DNA of 64,000 bases from Octopus vulgaris (Eukaryota): assembly GCA_951406725.2 (NCBI GenBank), contig OX597816.1:93124001-93188000 (forward strand), in the 5' to 3' direction. The position numbers and the translations under genes are program-made. Positions within the stretch are counted from its first letter, which is position 1; each line of letters begins with the position of its first letter. This document shows, in pieces, positions 1-11,524 of this stretch. The notes beneath the pieces were generated by a model. The model was given only the letters and a program-made list of their open reading frames with translations. It searched no databases and was not told the DNA's origin.

Positions 1-244
1 TGTCTAAACTAAAGAACCAAGCCTTGACAATATACTAGAGATTGGAGTAAATTATTTTCTGTATTAAGTATGCATGTCATACTGTCTCTTGAAAATAGAC
101 TGAAAGGATTCTACACTGCTTTTTAATGGTAAACATGAAGAAGCCTAAAATGTTGTTGCTGTTGTTATTGTTTAAACTTTGGTCAGCTCTGACTGAGAAA
201 ACCCATGATTCAAGATATTTCAGCCACGACTATCCTTCAGTTGT

Positions 245-395
245 GAGTGTTGCTGTATTGTAAGAAGCTGCTTCTCAACCACATGGTTCCAGGTTCAGTC
301 CCACAGCAAGGCACTGGGCAAATGCCTTCTACTATAGCCTCAGGCCAACCAATGTCTTGTGAGTGGATAAGGTAAGAAAAAATTGAAAGAAGCCC

Positions 396-398
<3 letters not shown>
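245..398 (+). mobile_element. tRNA-head SINE family A, 5' half ending in (TA)n
   Basis: B-box-like GGTTCAGTCCC and body (GGCAAATGCCTTCTACTATAGCC...GAAAGAAGCCC) match copies at 6948, 31357, 38605, 60521 and 43826(-). Confidence 0.8.
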
Positions 399-445
<47 letters not shown>

Positions 446-573
446 TTCAGCAACAATTTAGATTCAAATGAATATGGTACTTAATTTAGATGCACCAGAA
501 TTTTGTATAGTGTTATCCATAAAAATTTGCAGGGTGATTATAATCAAAAATGAGCAACAAGAATGACTCCAGT

Positions 574-664
574 AATTTGGTACAATTGTTTCGCACTACA
601 ACCTTTTATTAAAAGTTGTAAGTATTACAGCAGATTTAAGATGCTGAGTGCTCTTCAGCCAATT
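574..664 (-). ncRNA. Type-I hammerhead ribozyme motif (left arm)
   Basis: Minus strand reads AAUUGG-CUGAAGA-GCACU...AGUGC-GAAAC-AAUU-GUA-CCAAAUU, a canonical core with a perfect 5-bp stem II including G10.1-C11.1. Confidence 0.75.
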
Positions 665-958
665 ATATAGGTTTTCCAATAATACAAAAGCTTTTAAATC
701 AAGTAGTAACATTATAGAGAAGGTAGATATACAGATAAAGATGTAGATTTAAATTTTAAGAACATATGAGGTTCTAATTCTTATATCACTTCTAATTCTT
801 ATAGCAGTTAGATACAACCACAGTTTGGTCAGTTAGTGGCTGGATTTCACAACCTCATATGTTCTTAAAATTTAAATCTACATCTTTATCTGTATATCTA
901 CCTTCTCTATAATGTTACTACTTGATTTGAAAGCTTTTGTATTATTGGAAAACCTATA

Positions 959-1052
959 TAAATTGGCTGAAGAGCACTCAGCATCTTAAATCTGCTGTAA
1001 TACTTACAACTTTTAATAAAATGTTGTAGTGTGAAACAATTGTACCAATTTA
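959..1052 (+). ncRNA. Type-I hammerhead ribozyme motif (right arm)
   Basis: Stem I 959-966/1045-1052 (8 bp); CUGAAGA 967-973; stem II GCACU/AGUGU; GAAAC 1033-1037; palindromic ACAAUUGU; predicted cleavage after GUA at 1044. Confidence 0.75.
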
Positions 1053-1574
1053 CTGGAGTCATTCTTGTTGCTTATTTTTGAGATATATATATATATATAT
1101 ATATATACATGCATACAATCATACGTACATACATACATATATATTTAGAAAGGTAATGCTATGCAACTTTGTAATAATCCTTATTATTATTGTTGATATA
1201 TGTGCATGCATGTGTGTATGCATGCATGTGTGTATGCATGCATGTATGTATGCATGTGCATGTATATATGTTATGTGGTAATGTTTCAGCAAGTAGAAAA
1301 GCACTTGATCAGCTAAGATAGTAAGGATAATCTTAAATTAAAAACCACAAATTTTGCAAATAGCTGCCCAGGGTTTTGTGGTCAAATTGATAATTCATTC
1401 CAAGTTGAAAGTAACACTGTTTGTCAGTTGACTTTTTGAGTAGATAATGTTTAAACAGAAACACCTGTAAAATAAAGACAAAGATGGGAAAACACAAGAG
1501 AGATAACCCACATTACAATAATTCAATGTCAAACAGATGTAAATCAGATGTTTACTAAGGGTCCAGTTGTCTAC

Positions 1575-2030
1575 TTTAAATTCTGACAAGATGCATTTTT
1601 TGAAATGTGGACATAAAGGGAAAAAATCTCATTTCTCAAATTCATGTATTTTTTTGAGGTTCTCAAGTGTTTTAATAGATACAGTTTTTCAAGCAAACAC
1701 ACTGAACATTTTCAAGACCCATTAATATAAGGTCTGGATTTAGAGAGGATTCCCCATTTGATATCGAAATTGGTCCCTTTGCCTCTAAGTTTTCAGATTA
1801 AAGCTAGAGGGGTTGTTGAATGTCACACCACAGTACCTAAAATTTGAAAGATGGTTGTTATATCTAGATTTAAATTTTCCTTCCATGGCTCTAATATAAT
1901 GTTTGATATTTGTATGACCATTGTTGTAGTTTACTGTGCTTCATAAACATTGGAAGATATATTGCACTCCTGTCCTAGAGGACATTTAGATTAGTAGGGA
2001 ATGAAACTTCGTGAGGAACATGATTCTTTT
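1575..2030 (-). pseudogene. Penelope-like retroelement C-terminal GIY-YIG endonuclease relic
   Basis: Manual translation with frameshifts gives CPLGQEC...HYIRAMEGKFKSRYNNHLSNF...DIKWGILSKSRPY...KCSVCLLEKLYL...MNLRNEIFS.CPH, matching the PLE pattern CPL..YIG.TE..FK.RY.NH..C.LCL.EK..LN.R.E..C.H. Confidence 0.75.
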
Positions 2031-2315
2031 TGAATGAGATGAAGTTTATAATCAAGGATAAGACAATAGTCTTGTCAGATGTACATGTGCACCATGTCTT
2101 TTGAGGTGCTAACTTTCTTCAGGAAGCCTGCAATCTCTGTTACATTCCCAAGAACTGCCAAAGTAGGATGGTGTGGAGTGTATGTGTTCAAATATGTGTG
2201 TATAGGTAGTGATTCCAGAGTTTTGTATCTGAAAAGTTTGTAAGAGCATTGAGTTGCATGTGCAAGCATGTGTATGTAAGTGTGAGAGTGTATGTGTCTA
2301 TATTTATGTCTATAA

Positions 2316-2545
2316 GGTGGCGAGCTGGCAGAAACGTTAGCACGCCGGGCGAAATGCGTAGCCGTATTTCGTCTGTCGTTACGTTCTGAGTTCAAATTCC
2401 GCCGAGGTCGACTTTGCCTTTCATCCTTTCGGGGTCGATAAATTAAGTACCAGTTACGCACTGGGGTCGATGTAATCGACTAAATCCCTTTGTCTGTCCT
2501 TGTTTGTCCCCTCTATGTTTAGCCCCTTGTGGGTAGTAAAGAAAT
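2316..2545 (+). mobile_element. tRNA-head SINE family N (Nin/Deu-like core), young copy
   Basis: A-box-like TGGCAGAAACG, B-box GAGTTCAAATTCC and core GGTCGACTTTGCCTTTCATCCTTTCGGGGTCGATAAATTAAGTACC with CpGs retained. Older copies at about 5170, 22284, 46375, 52960(-) and 56000. Confidence 0.85.
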
Positions 2546-3156
2546 ATATATTTATGTCTATATGATATATGTATGACCTCTTTTCATAAAAAGGTCCCAA
2601 GCAAGATGAGAATCCATTTAGTGTAAGTGGCTATGATGATGGGGAAATTAAAACGAAAGACTGAATTTATTTTAGACTTGAAAAAGTTTTGGTTATATAA
2701 AGGAGGAAATCAAAAACATTGCATTTATATGTGAGATATTTGTATTCAAAACCATACTGAGTTTCTTAGTTGGGGAATGGCCAATATCATGAAGCCATTT
2801 AGTCACTTATCTTTTGTACATTATGAGAATGTACTGAGAGTCTATTGAATGTATAACTGTTTCAGCAATCATACAACAATTGACAATGTATAATGACACA
2901 CCATGCTGTCTCTTCCTGGTGTATATAATATGTCCTGTAACACCTTCACTTACAATTAACGTATATGTAATTGAAGTCATTAAAATGAATGTAATATTTC
3001 TATTATGGTTCACATAGAACATAATTGCTAGAATTCAAAATCTGGAGCCTGTATGTGGTAGCTGAGCTTACTAGAAATAGTTGTGAAATTGACTCATGTC
3101 ACATTCTAGCCATCTTTAAAATATTAAATATTCAGTTTTGTAGTTTTAGGTTCCTA

Positions 3157-3396
3157 GCACATGGGGAAAATTCATCACTTGAGTGCCTTTGCACATAGGG
3201 AAAAGTCATCACTTGAGTGCCTTTGCACATAGGGAAAAGTCATCACTTGAGTGCCTTTGCACATAGGGAAAAGTCATCACTTGAGTGCCTTTGCACATAG
3301 GGAAAAGTCATCACATGAGTGCCTTTGCACATAGGGAAAAGTCATCACTTGAGTGCCTTTGCACATAGGGAAAAATCATCACTGGAATGCTTTTGC
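3157..3396. repeat. 34-bp minisatellite, 7 copies
   Basis: Unit GCACATAGGGAAAAGTCATCACTTGAGTGCCTTT starts at 3157, 3191, 3225, 3259, 3293, 3327 and 3361. Confidence 0.95.
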
Positions 3397-3559
3397 TTGA
3401 TAAGGGCTAACCTGAAGTTATTCTGAATTACTGAAATATGTGTCAGTATGTGTTAATGAAAGAAATGCAGACAATGATGCATATTAAGGTTACTACAAAA
3501 TGCATTTACAAGACTAGAGTGGAGTCAGATGACCTTAGACATGAGTAATAACAAGTAAC

Positions 3560-3648
3560 CTTTTTGGCAACAGGATTCAAATCTGACTTTTGTTTGTTAT
3601 CAGGTGACTTAATATACGTTATACCTGTGTCCCTCTCAAATGTAGAAT
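3560..3648 (-). other. Candidate 89-nt host exon
   Basis: Strong acceptor TTTTGTTTTCATTATTCAG, open frame (D)STFERDTGITYIKSPDNKQKSDLNPVAKK and a weak donor AAG|GTTACT. No recognised homology. Confidence 0.3.
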
Positions 3649-3808
3649 CTGAATAATGAAAACAAAAGCAGACAAGGCAATATTTAAAATTCTTAAACCT
3701 TTTAAACTTATTTAACACCATGGGGATGGAAACAGAACTGTACAAGTAGATCTATATTTTGTCTTCTCATAACTAAAGATAGGAAGGGACAATAAAAAGA
3801 AGATGCTT

Positions 3809-4020
3809 TTGCCCTTTTGATACCAACCTGTCTAAGACTGCCCTTGGTTTTAGGATACAAACTTTCTATTTCAAAGTAATCTAAAGTGAAGCCTTCCATC
3901 AATTTTTGGGATAATATATATTTCATGCACCAGCTTAATAACAAAATTATCTTGATAAATTGTACATAATTTTCAAAATTAGTGGAAATAAAGACAGAAA
4001 TATGGTAACAAAAGTGTTAA
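3809..4020. mobile_element. piggyBac-like (TTAA) MITE, degenerate
   Basis: Ends CCCTTTTGATACC... and ...GGTAACAAAAGTG-TTAA. A related 3' end at 7205-7384 (GTAACAAAAGGG-TTAA). Confidence 0.5.
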
Positions 4021-4596
4021 TATTTTTTGTGTAGGAGTAGGAGGCTGGTATTTGTCAGGCTGAGACCCATTGCACAATGTTTTGGGATTTTTACATTCAT
4101 AAGGCAACAATTTTTACATTTGCAATGTAACAATGATCTGTAAGATAATAGGCTTTACATCATCATCATCTTTTAATGTCTATGTCCTATGGTGGCCTCA
4201 GTTGAATGGTTTGACAGGATCTAACTATTTCAAGGATAGGATTATGCTACAGAGTCTGCTTTGGTAGGTTTCTATGGCTAGATTCCCTTCCTAGTGCCAA
4301 CTACTTTATAGAATGTAGTGGGTGGCTTTTATGCAGGCCCCGACACTTGTAAGATCACTATACAGTTTGCAAGACTAAGATCTCCTTTGACTGTATAGGA
4401 TAACAGATGATAGTAAGGCAACTTTATGCTGTAAAATGAAAGATTGAAGTATAAAACAGGAACAATAACAGTTTCTTGTTCTAAAGATGTAAAATAATGA
4501 ATATTTAGATAGATGGTATTGACAATACAAAGCATGATTTCAAACACATTCTCTAAACTGATGAGAATTGAAATGCTTACACACATATGCAACACT

Positions 4597-4806
4597 TTAC
4601 TTAATATTGTGAATTATCAATGAAGAATCAACAACTTTAAAACACCACACTAAAAACTTACTAAAATTTATGACATTGTCCCACTGGATTTATTTCCCTT
4701 AACTCATTTTATGTTTCTTTTTACGTGAAACGCTTACACACATATGCAAATATTTGCATTTAAATATTTATTTAAGCTCATACATATGCCCCCATATACA
4801 AATACT
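4597..4806. repeat. About 210-bp direct repeat, copy 1 (copy 2 at 7738-7947)
   Basis: Both copies share AATATTGTGAA...AAAATTTATGACATTGTCCCACT...GAAACGCTTACACACATATGCAAATATTTGCATT. Confidence 0.9.
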
Positions 4807-5699
4807 TGTGAATAAATGTGAGACATATCAGAGTCAAAATTGTTGGGTAGTCTTGTACATGAGTATAAAGAAGAGTAAACTCAACAACAAACCCATGAAA
4901 ATAAAATTACTAAAAGCCCTGAGACATTTAACAACTAATATATGCCTTTCATTGCTTGTGGATATAAAGCAGCAAATGCCTAGCAAATGCAATCCAAAGA
5001 CAACAGCTAATTGTGTTGGTATGCTTGTGGTGTGCAATTATAATACTATTGTTTAAAGGTGATTCTTTAATTTAAAAGATTATAGCTTAAAGCAAGTAAG
5101 TTATGTTACTAATATATATAAGTAGTGAAAATATTATCTGTGTGTACCCATCATAGTAAAAGTATAGTGAATTAGTAGAGTCATTAGCAATTTGTATAGA
5201 ATACTGCTTGATATCTATTCCTGTTCTCTGTGGTCCGAATTCAAATCCTGCCAAGGTCTTCTTTGCCTATCATCATTTCAAGATTGATAAAAACATGTGA
5301 ATCCAGGTTAGTGGCTTGATGGAATGTGAGAAAGCCAAGTGAGTTGTCTTGCTGTATCTGTTGCAGCACTTTCCATTCTGACTGTGATACATGCAACATC
5401 AATGGTTCCAAGCTGTAACAGCCTTAGTTGGTGGCCTTTCTCTTGGATAAAAATCAGTGGCATGCAGAAGAAAGACTTGTACAAATAACTGCTAGCTTTT
5501 ATCCCCAAAACTTGCTCAGGCCAATATGCACATGTGCAAATGCATGGTCAGCATTAACTGATGGAGGCCCTACAACACACACACACATAAACACACACAA
5601 ACACACACACACACACATAATCACCACTAAAAAGTCAATGTTGCATTAGAACACACAAATACTGCAATATTTTCTAAGAGAGAAAATCTCATATGGTTT

Positions 5700-6050
5700 T
5701 ACGAGTAAAACGCCCCCTGTCAAATAAACGGTGCTGAGTTGTCAAACATTTAAACCAAATTTTCTCAAAACAACTTGTCTGACCGTCCCATAGGCTTCCC
5801 CTTTGAGAAACACTGATTTAACCTAAATTTGAGACACCAGCAAAAGAAGAAAAACGATTTTACAAATGCACGTTCCCACAGCTTTATCGATCGCATTCTC
5901 ACCTGGAATCGATTTTTGTAATTTTTTCAAGACTTATACATGCCCTGATACCATCAGTATCTACATATCAAATTTGAGCACAATCAGATGGAGGATGCCC
6001 GAGATCCTAGAAGACACACACACAGGCAGACAGAACGGATTTTATATAAT
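5700..6050 (-). mobile_element. Non-autonomous Helitron/Helentron-like element, 5' part
   Basis: Reverse complement of 63630-64000 with high similarity. The start TATATAAAA..CTGTCTG(TG)n...AAATTTG resembles non-autonomous rolling-circle elements; the class is inferred. Confidence 0.55.
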
Positions 6051-6151
6051 AAATGGTGCATATTTGTGTGTTGTAATGCAACATCTACTTTTAAGTAGTG
6101 AATATTTTATCTTTTGGCAATAATACTACATCTGTCATTTTCTCCCTCTCT

Positions 6152-6203
<52 letters not shown>

Positions 6204-6947
6204 GTATGTATGTATGTATGTATCAGTGTGTTGAAATTACATTAATCTCTTCAAAACAAAACATTTAAATAATTATAGTTGTATTTGGGTGTTACCTTAT
6301 ATGATACAATAAAATATATTACTGATTCTTAAAATACCGAATGTGTAAGTTGTATTAAATTTGTCATTGCATTGTACTCTTCTAAATATGGTATTTCATA
6401 TCTCTACAGATATAGTGTTATAAATTACTAACTTAACCTTTGGTAAGTTTCACAAAAATCCTGCATTTCCTTTTGTCTTATCTCATCCTATTCATTTCTG
6501 CAAAAATATTTTGGGATAATCCGTTATGACCACTGTATATTCTTTCTCCTATTACCATCTTCACTACTTTACCAAACTTGTCACATCTTGCCCATTTCAC
6601 TCTGCCTGGCCAACTATATCAGTTTCCCTTTTCTGTTTTACCTTCCACATTTTTTTGTTTGTTTTTTACAATAAATGCTTCTCTTGCAGAAATTATGGCA
6701 TCTTTAAGAAGCATCCACTAGCATTTGACATCTGTAACCTTATCTTTAGGGCACCAGTCATATATCATAGCAAATATCTTTATTCTTTTATTCAACTAAG
6801 ATATCATTCCCAGTAAAATTCTTTCAAGAATGCACAAACACTCACTCTCAAATGTACTTTTTCCTGTACACAAAGATCAGAAATTTCTTTAAATATGTAA
6901 ATTAATTAACTGAAATTAATTTTTAATTTCTTACCACACAGCTACAT

Positions 6948-7083
6948 CTGTGTGGTAAAAAGTTTGGTCTCCAAACACTTTGTTCTGTGTTTAGTCCCAT
7001 TGTGTGGTACCTTGGACAAGTGTTCTGGGCTGACCAAAGCCACATGAGTGGATTTGGAAGACAGAAACTGAAAGAAGCCCATC
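6948..7083 (+). mobile_element. SINE family A 5' half, degenerate
   Basis: GGGCTGACCAAAGCC...GAGTGGATTTGG...GAAACTGAAAGAAGCCC followed by (TA)n. Confidence 0.75.
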
Positions 7084-7096
7084 ATATATATATATA

Positions 7097-7174
7097 CGAG
7101 AAGGATGTGAGATGTGTTGAAACAATTGCCATGATTAATAAATTCTCATATTCCATCTGTCTTTCATTTGCCAT
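7097..7174 (+). mobile_element. Terminal fragment of the 33-kb foldback/hammerhead family
   Basis: GATGTGTTGAAACAATTGCCATGATTAATA...TTCCATCT...TTCATTTGCCATATA matches 33575-33657 and sits within (TA)n. Confidence 0.75.
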
Positions 7175-7737
7175 ATATATATATGTGTGTGTGTGTGTGT
7201 AATACAAATGTCTTGTTTTCATAAGTTTTGAATTAAAATCTTTCACCAAACCTTAGTCACAATTTATGTTTTTTAACACTAGCTGAATGATAACTAAGTT
7301 ATTTTACTAAATTCTTTGTTATATTTAAAGCAGTTGAAAGAAACACAGAGCATCTCAAAATAATTACAGTAACAAAAGGGTTAATGAGTTGGTTTATCAC
7401 CCTCTTTCACTTTGTTTCAACATGCTTATGTTGTGTTTGACCAAAAGTCTTAACCTTAAATTGTAGTGTCAAATCATGCACACATTGTTTATTTGCCATA
7501 GTTTAACTCTTTCAACTTACTTGGTCGTCAATTACTATGAACTACTTTCATAATAATACCTAGCATGTTGTATTGTAGAAGATTCCTTACTATTATGTGT
7601 ATTGTATCATGAACATTGTTCCAGTAAGTTATATATACAAACAAATATATATGAAGAAATATAAGCAATGCTGGTTAAATATAATATATGAAAACTAAGA
7701 TAAATTTTCGTGTGCTGCTTCTTATCTTCTCACACAT

Positions 7738-7947
7738 CTTACCAATATTGTGAACTACCAATGAAGAATTAACAACTTAAAAACACAACACTAAAAACTT
7801 ATCAAAATTTATGACATTGTCCCACTTGAGTTATTTCCCTTAACTCATTTTATGTTTCTTTTAACATGAAACGCTTACACACATATGCAAATATTTGCAT
7901 TTTAAATATTTATTCAAGCACATACGTATGCCCTCATAAACAAATAC
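7738..7947. repeat. About 210-bp direct repeat, copy 2
   Basis: See 4597-4806. Confidence 0.9.
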
Positions 7948-9524
7948 ATAGAAACACAAATATAATCACAAGCATCAACATATACATTTTCTCATAAATT
8001 TAAGACACACTCATAGTTTCTACAGCTCATTTATTTCAAACCAATATGGTTTACATTTCAACCTTCAGATATTAGAGCAGCCAATATATAGTAATACACA
8101 GATGACAGTTTAGTTGCCTATACATTCTCATTTTTATAGTCAAGGCATTTTGGCTAGTAAAGAGAAATCAATATGATTGTTTTTCTTCAGTTTTCTGCTC
8201 TATTTTTCATCATGATAGCATGAGACTAATCAGTACACAGAAGTACCGTTTCTCAGCTAGACATGTTAACATCACATATCTTAAACTTATTCATTGACCT
8301 CTCTCCTATGCTGTGTAAATTTCTTTTGTCTGTTTTACTTACCATTCAATACAAACCTATAATATTTGTGATATATGTTCACCTAGTTCTCCTATCTTTT
8401 GTGTGTACATAGAAATACTATTATGTCAACAAAAGCAGAAATACTCTAAACCTCTTGCTGTCACAACAATTTCTATTTAACTGTCACATCACTGTCTTCT
8501 TCAATAACACTGATTACATTGCTTAAGTCAAAAAATCTTCTTTACTGCTTCAAGTAATCAGCTTATGTGCCTCATGAAACATACAGGCTCTATGTACTAG
8601 TGCAGCATATGCATTTGTACATAGCATACATAGTATTTCCATGCAGAAATCCTCAATATTTTCTGGTTTATCAAATATTTTGTTCATACTAAGGTAAAAA
8701 TATTACAATTCAATTTTCCTCCGGTTCAACAAATACATAATAGCATTACACTCATCTCAGAATTTGATTTTCTACTCTATCAAAAATATAACTTTCCTCT
8801 GTTTAGATGCAGGTCAATTCCGTTAGTGAAATAGTTATAGATTATTGAATTGACTGTGGTTTAATACTGGTACTAACTGAATCAACCTGGAACAATAAAG
8901 TCACTTCTTGAGGAGTTTATCTGCAGAAATATGAGGCATGAAACTTAATACTATTAAGCAACTGTTTCTGCTCTTTACTCTTTCTGCCAAATCATATGCC
9001 CTTTTCTCTTATGCACTTAAGTTCTATGAGGTTAAACAGAATAAATAATCATATAAGTAAATCAAATATTCCTGCTAATAGTATAGTTAGTTTACCTCCC
9101 AGATTGAATATATGCTTCATGTAAGGAAAACACCAGCCAAAATAATTAAATAAGAGACCTAAATATTCCTTTCTACTCATATATTCTTCTTTGTGTATTC
9201 AGGAATATTGTATAATCTAATGTTATTAGCATGTCACATGACTTCATGAATGAGAACTGATTCATAAATTCAGTTCAAAGTATTTAAGATATAAACTATT
9301 TTAACTGAAACCTCATAAATGACTAATTCCTTCTTAATAGTGATCATAGACTGTATAAGCAAATGAGAGGAAAACTGGCAATGTAACATAGTTTCTTCAT
9401 TCATTTGGTTTGTTTTGCATTCACTTTTCCATGCAAGAAAAAAAAGTAGTAAATATCCACAGTCACACACTCACATATACTCAAACATACGTATGTGTGT
9501 TTGTATACATGCTTATATGGTAGG

Positions 9525-10545
9525 GGATGCCAAATGCACTTTTGTTGAAGGACAAGAAGCTGAAGCCAAGAAGCTGAATGGACACAATGCTGAATGGACA
9601 TAAAGCTGAATGGACACAATGCCAAAAACGGACATAAAGGCAAACAGACACAATGCTGAACAGACATAAAGCCGAATGGACAAGATGCTGAAAAGACATA
9701 TAAAAATTAAAATATATAATTATAATTTTATTCCTACAATATGACCATTTAACAGACTAAAATGCAGAAAAAGTAGATTCATAAAACCATGTTTTAAATA
9801 GGTTTCTTTACTGAATTTATAATGTAAATATGTAATAATGATGTGACCGGATGTTTATTTTAAAATTATTACAATTGACATATTAAAATGTACAAGACAA
9901 AAATAGATAAGAGTATTTCAAAATTGTGAGCCAAAGATTGTAGAAACGCTAATCCTTCTTCTTTATTATAAAAAAACACAAATGGTTTTTATCCTATCAT
10001 TAATGGTATCATATTTTTTGTTAGGTCATATCATGACCTAACAGTCCTACTATCAGTCCCTATAGTAGCAAGCTCAATTCTAATAACCTTTAGTAATTTA
10101 GTGATTGCGGGATAAGTTACATAAAGTTTTTTCTAAAGCTTGATGCTAGCTGTCAAGGGAATTCTTTGTTCCCAGAAAATTATCATGAACTCGAGTGTGG
10201 ACAGACCAAAAATCAACATCAAAAATTGATTTCTTTCAATGCCCTCTCTGGACTATTCCTAACTACATACTTTCAAAGTAAACCAGATAATCACTTAATA
10301 ACTCATCAGGTAGGTAAGAATGTTTTTTTTTTTTATTATCGTGTCTGTTCAGCTTTATGTCCATTCAGCATTATGTCCGTTTGGTATTGTGTTCATTCAG
10401 ATTTATACCCATTCGGCATTACATCCATTCAAATTTATGTCCCTTCAACATTGTGTCCATTCAGCTTTATGTCCATTTGGTATTGTGTCTGTTTGGCTTC
10501 TTAGCTTTGGCTTCTTGTCCTTTGGCAAAAGTGCATTTGGCATCC
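9525..10545. mobile_element. Foldback-type non-autonomous DNA transposon with modular TIRs
   Basis: Perfect 20-bp terminal IR GGATGCCAAATGCACTTTTG/CAAAAGTGCATTTGGCATCC. The 175-200-bp arms are built of 16-bp subrepeats (GCTGAATGGACACAAT). No TSD is visible. Confidence 0.8.
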
Positions 10546-10664
10546 AGTCTGTGCACATGCTTATATACATGCACACATGCCCATATATATATATACATAC
10601 ATACACACACACACACAAAGACATGAATTCACACACTCACACACACACATCATATTCATTAGTT

Positions 10665-10990
10665 AACGTCTGATTTTCATGCTGGCATGGGCTGGCATGG
10701 TGTGACTGGATCCAGTGAGCTGCAGGGCTGCATCATGCTCCATGTCTGCTTTATCGTAGTTTCTTTAGCCAAATGCTCTTTCTAACACCAATCATTTTAC
10801 AGTATGTAATGGCTGTTATTTTCACGCCACCAGTACTAGTGAGGTTGTCAGTTGGCTTGAAGACAGGAAAGAACAAGAAAAGGAAAAAAAACCATCAAGA
10901 CTAAATAGTGGGAATAGTTGAGAAGGTGGTGAGGTGACTTTATGCCAGGGACAAGCAGAGATGTCTGACTATAGAGAAGATGTGTGGCTA
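10665..10990 (-). mobile_element. RTE-type 3' tail/3'UTR fragment
   Basis: TTAACGTC..TTTCATGCTGGCATGGG...AACACCAATCA matches the recurrent tail family. Confidence 0.65.
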
Positions 10991-11476
10991 CCATATATTA
11001 TATAAGGGTGGGATTATTTAGGGAAAACATAAAATGATAGTGATGGGATGCCAGATCAAAATCCCTAAAGAGATGATATGAGCAGGAGATGGGGAGACAA
11101 TTATTAGAGTATTTTATGGGGAGAGTAACAAATGGCTTGAAATAGGAGTAGAGGAGAAAGTAGTAAGCTAAAATTAGAAAGGAATAAATTGGAGATTGGA
11201 ACATAAATAGTTATAAAATTTTGATGAAAGATATGAGTTTAGATCACTTAAAAATAGGAAGTTTATGTCACAGATAAACATAGTTTATTTAGTAATTTCT
11301 ATACAGTGTAGTAGTATTATTAGTTATGGACTACAGGGCAAATGTAGGAAAATAGGCATCAACATAAGTTTATATTAAAGTTCCTACAAGTGTTTCTCCA
11401 TTATGGTCAGTTTGGATCCCTGCAATAAATCAATAAATGTCCCAATTGCAAATTTAACCTAAACACCCTGTATGTA

Positions 11477-11518
<42 letters not shown>

Positions 11519-11524
<6 letters not shown>

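Larger units (their letters stand above)
544..1081. mobile_element. Foldback element (230-bp inverted arms, 77-bp spacer), probably derived from a PLE pseudo-LTR
   Basis: 544-773 is the reverse complement of 851-1081 with about 6 differences. It lies between (TA)n tracts and each arm carries a hammerhead motif. Confidence 0.85.

Noticed and set aside
3157-3396. 34-bp repeats as CRISPR
   Set aside because: The copies are contiguous with no spacers.
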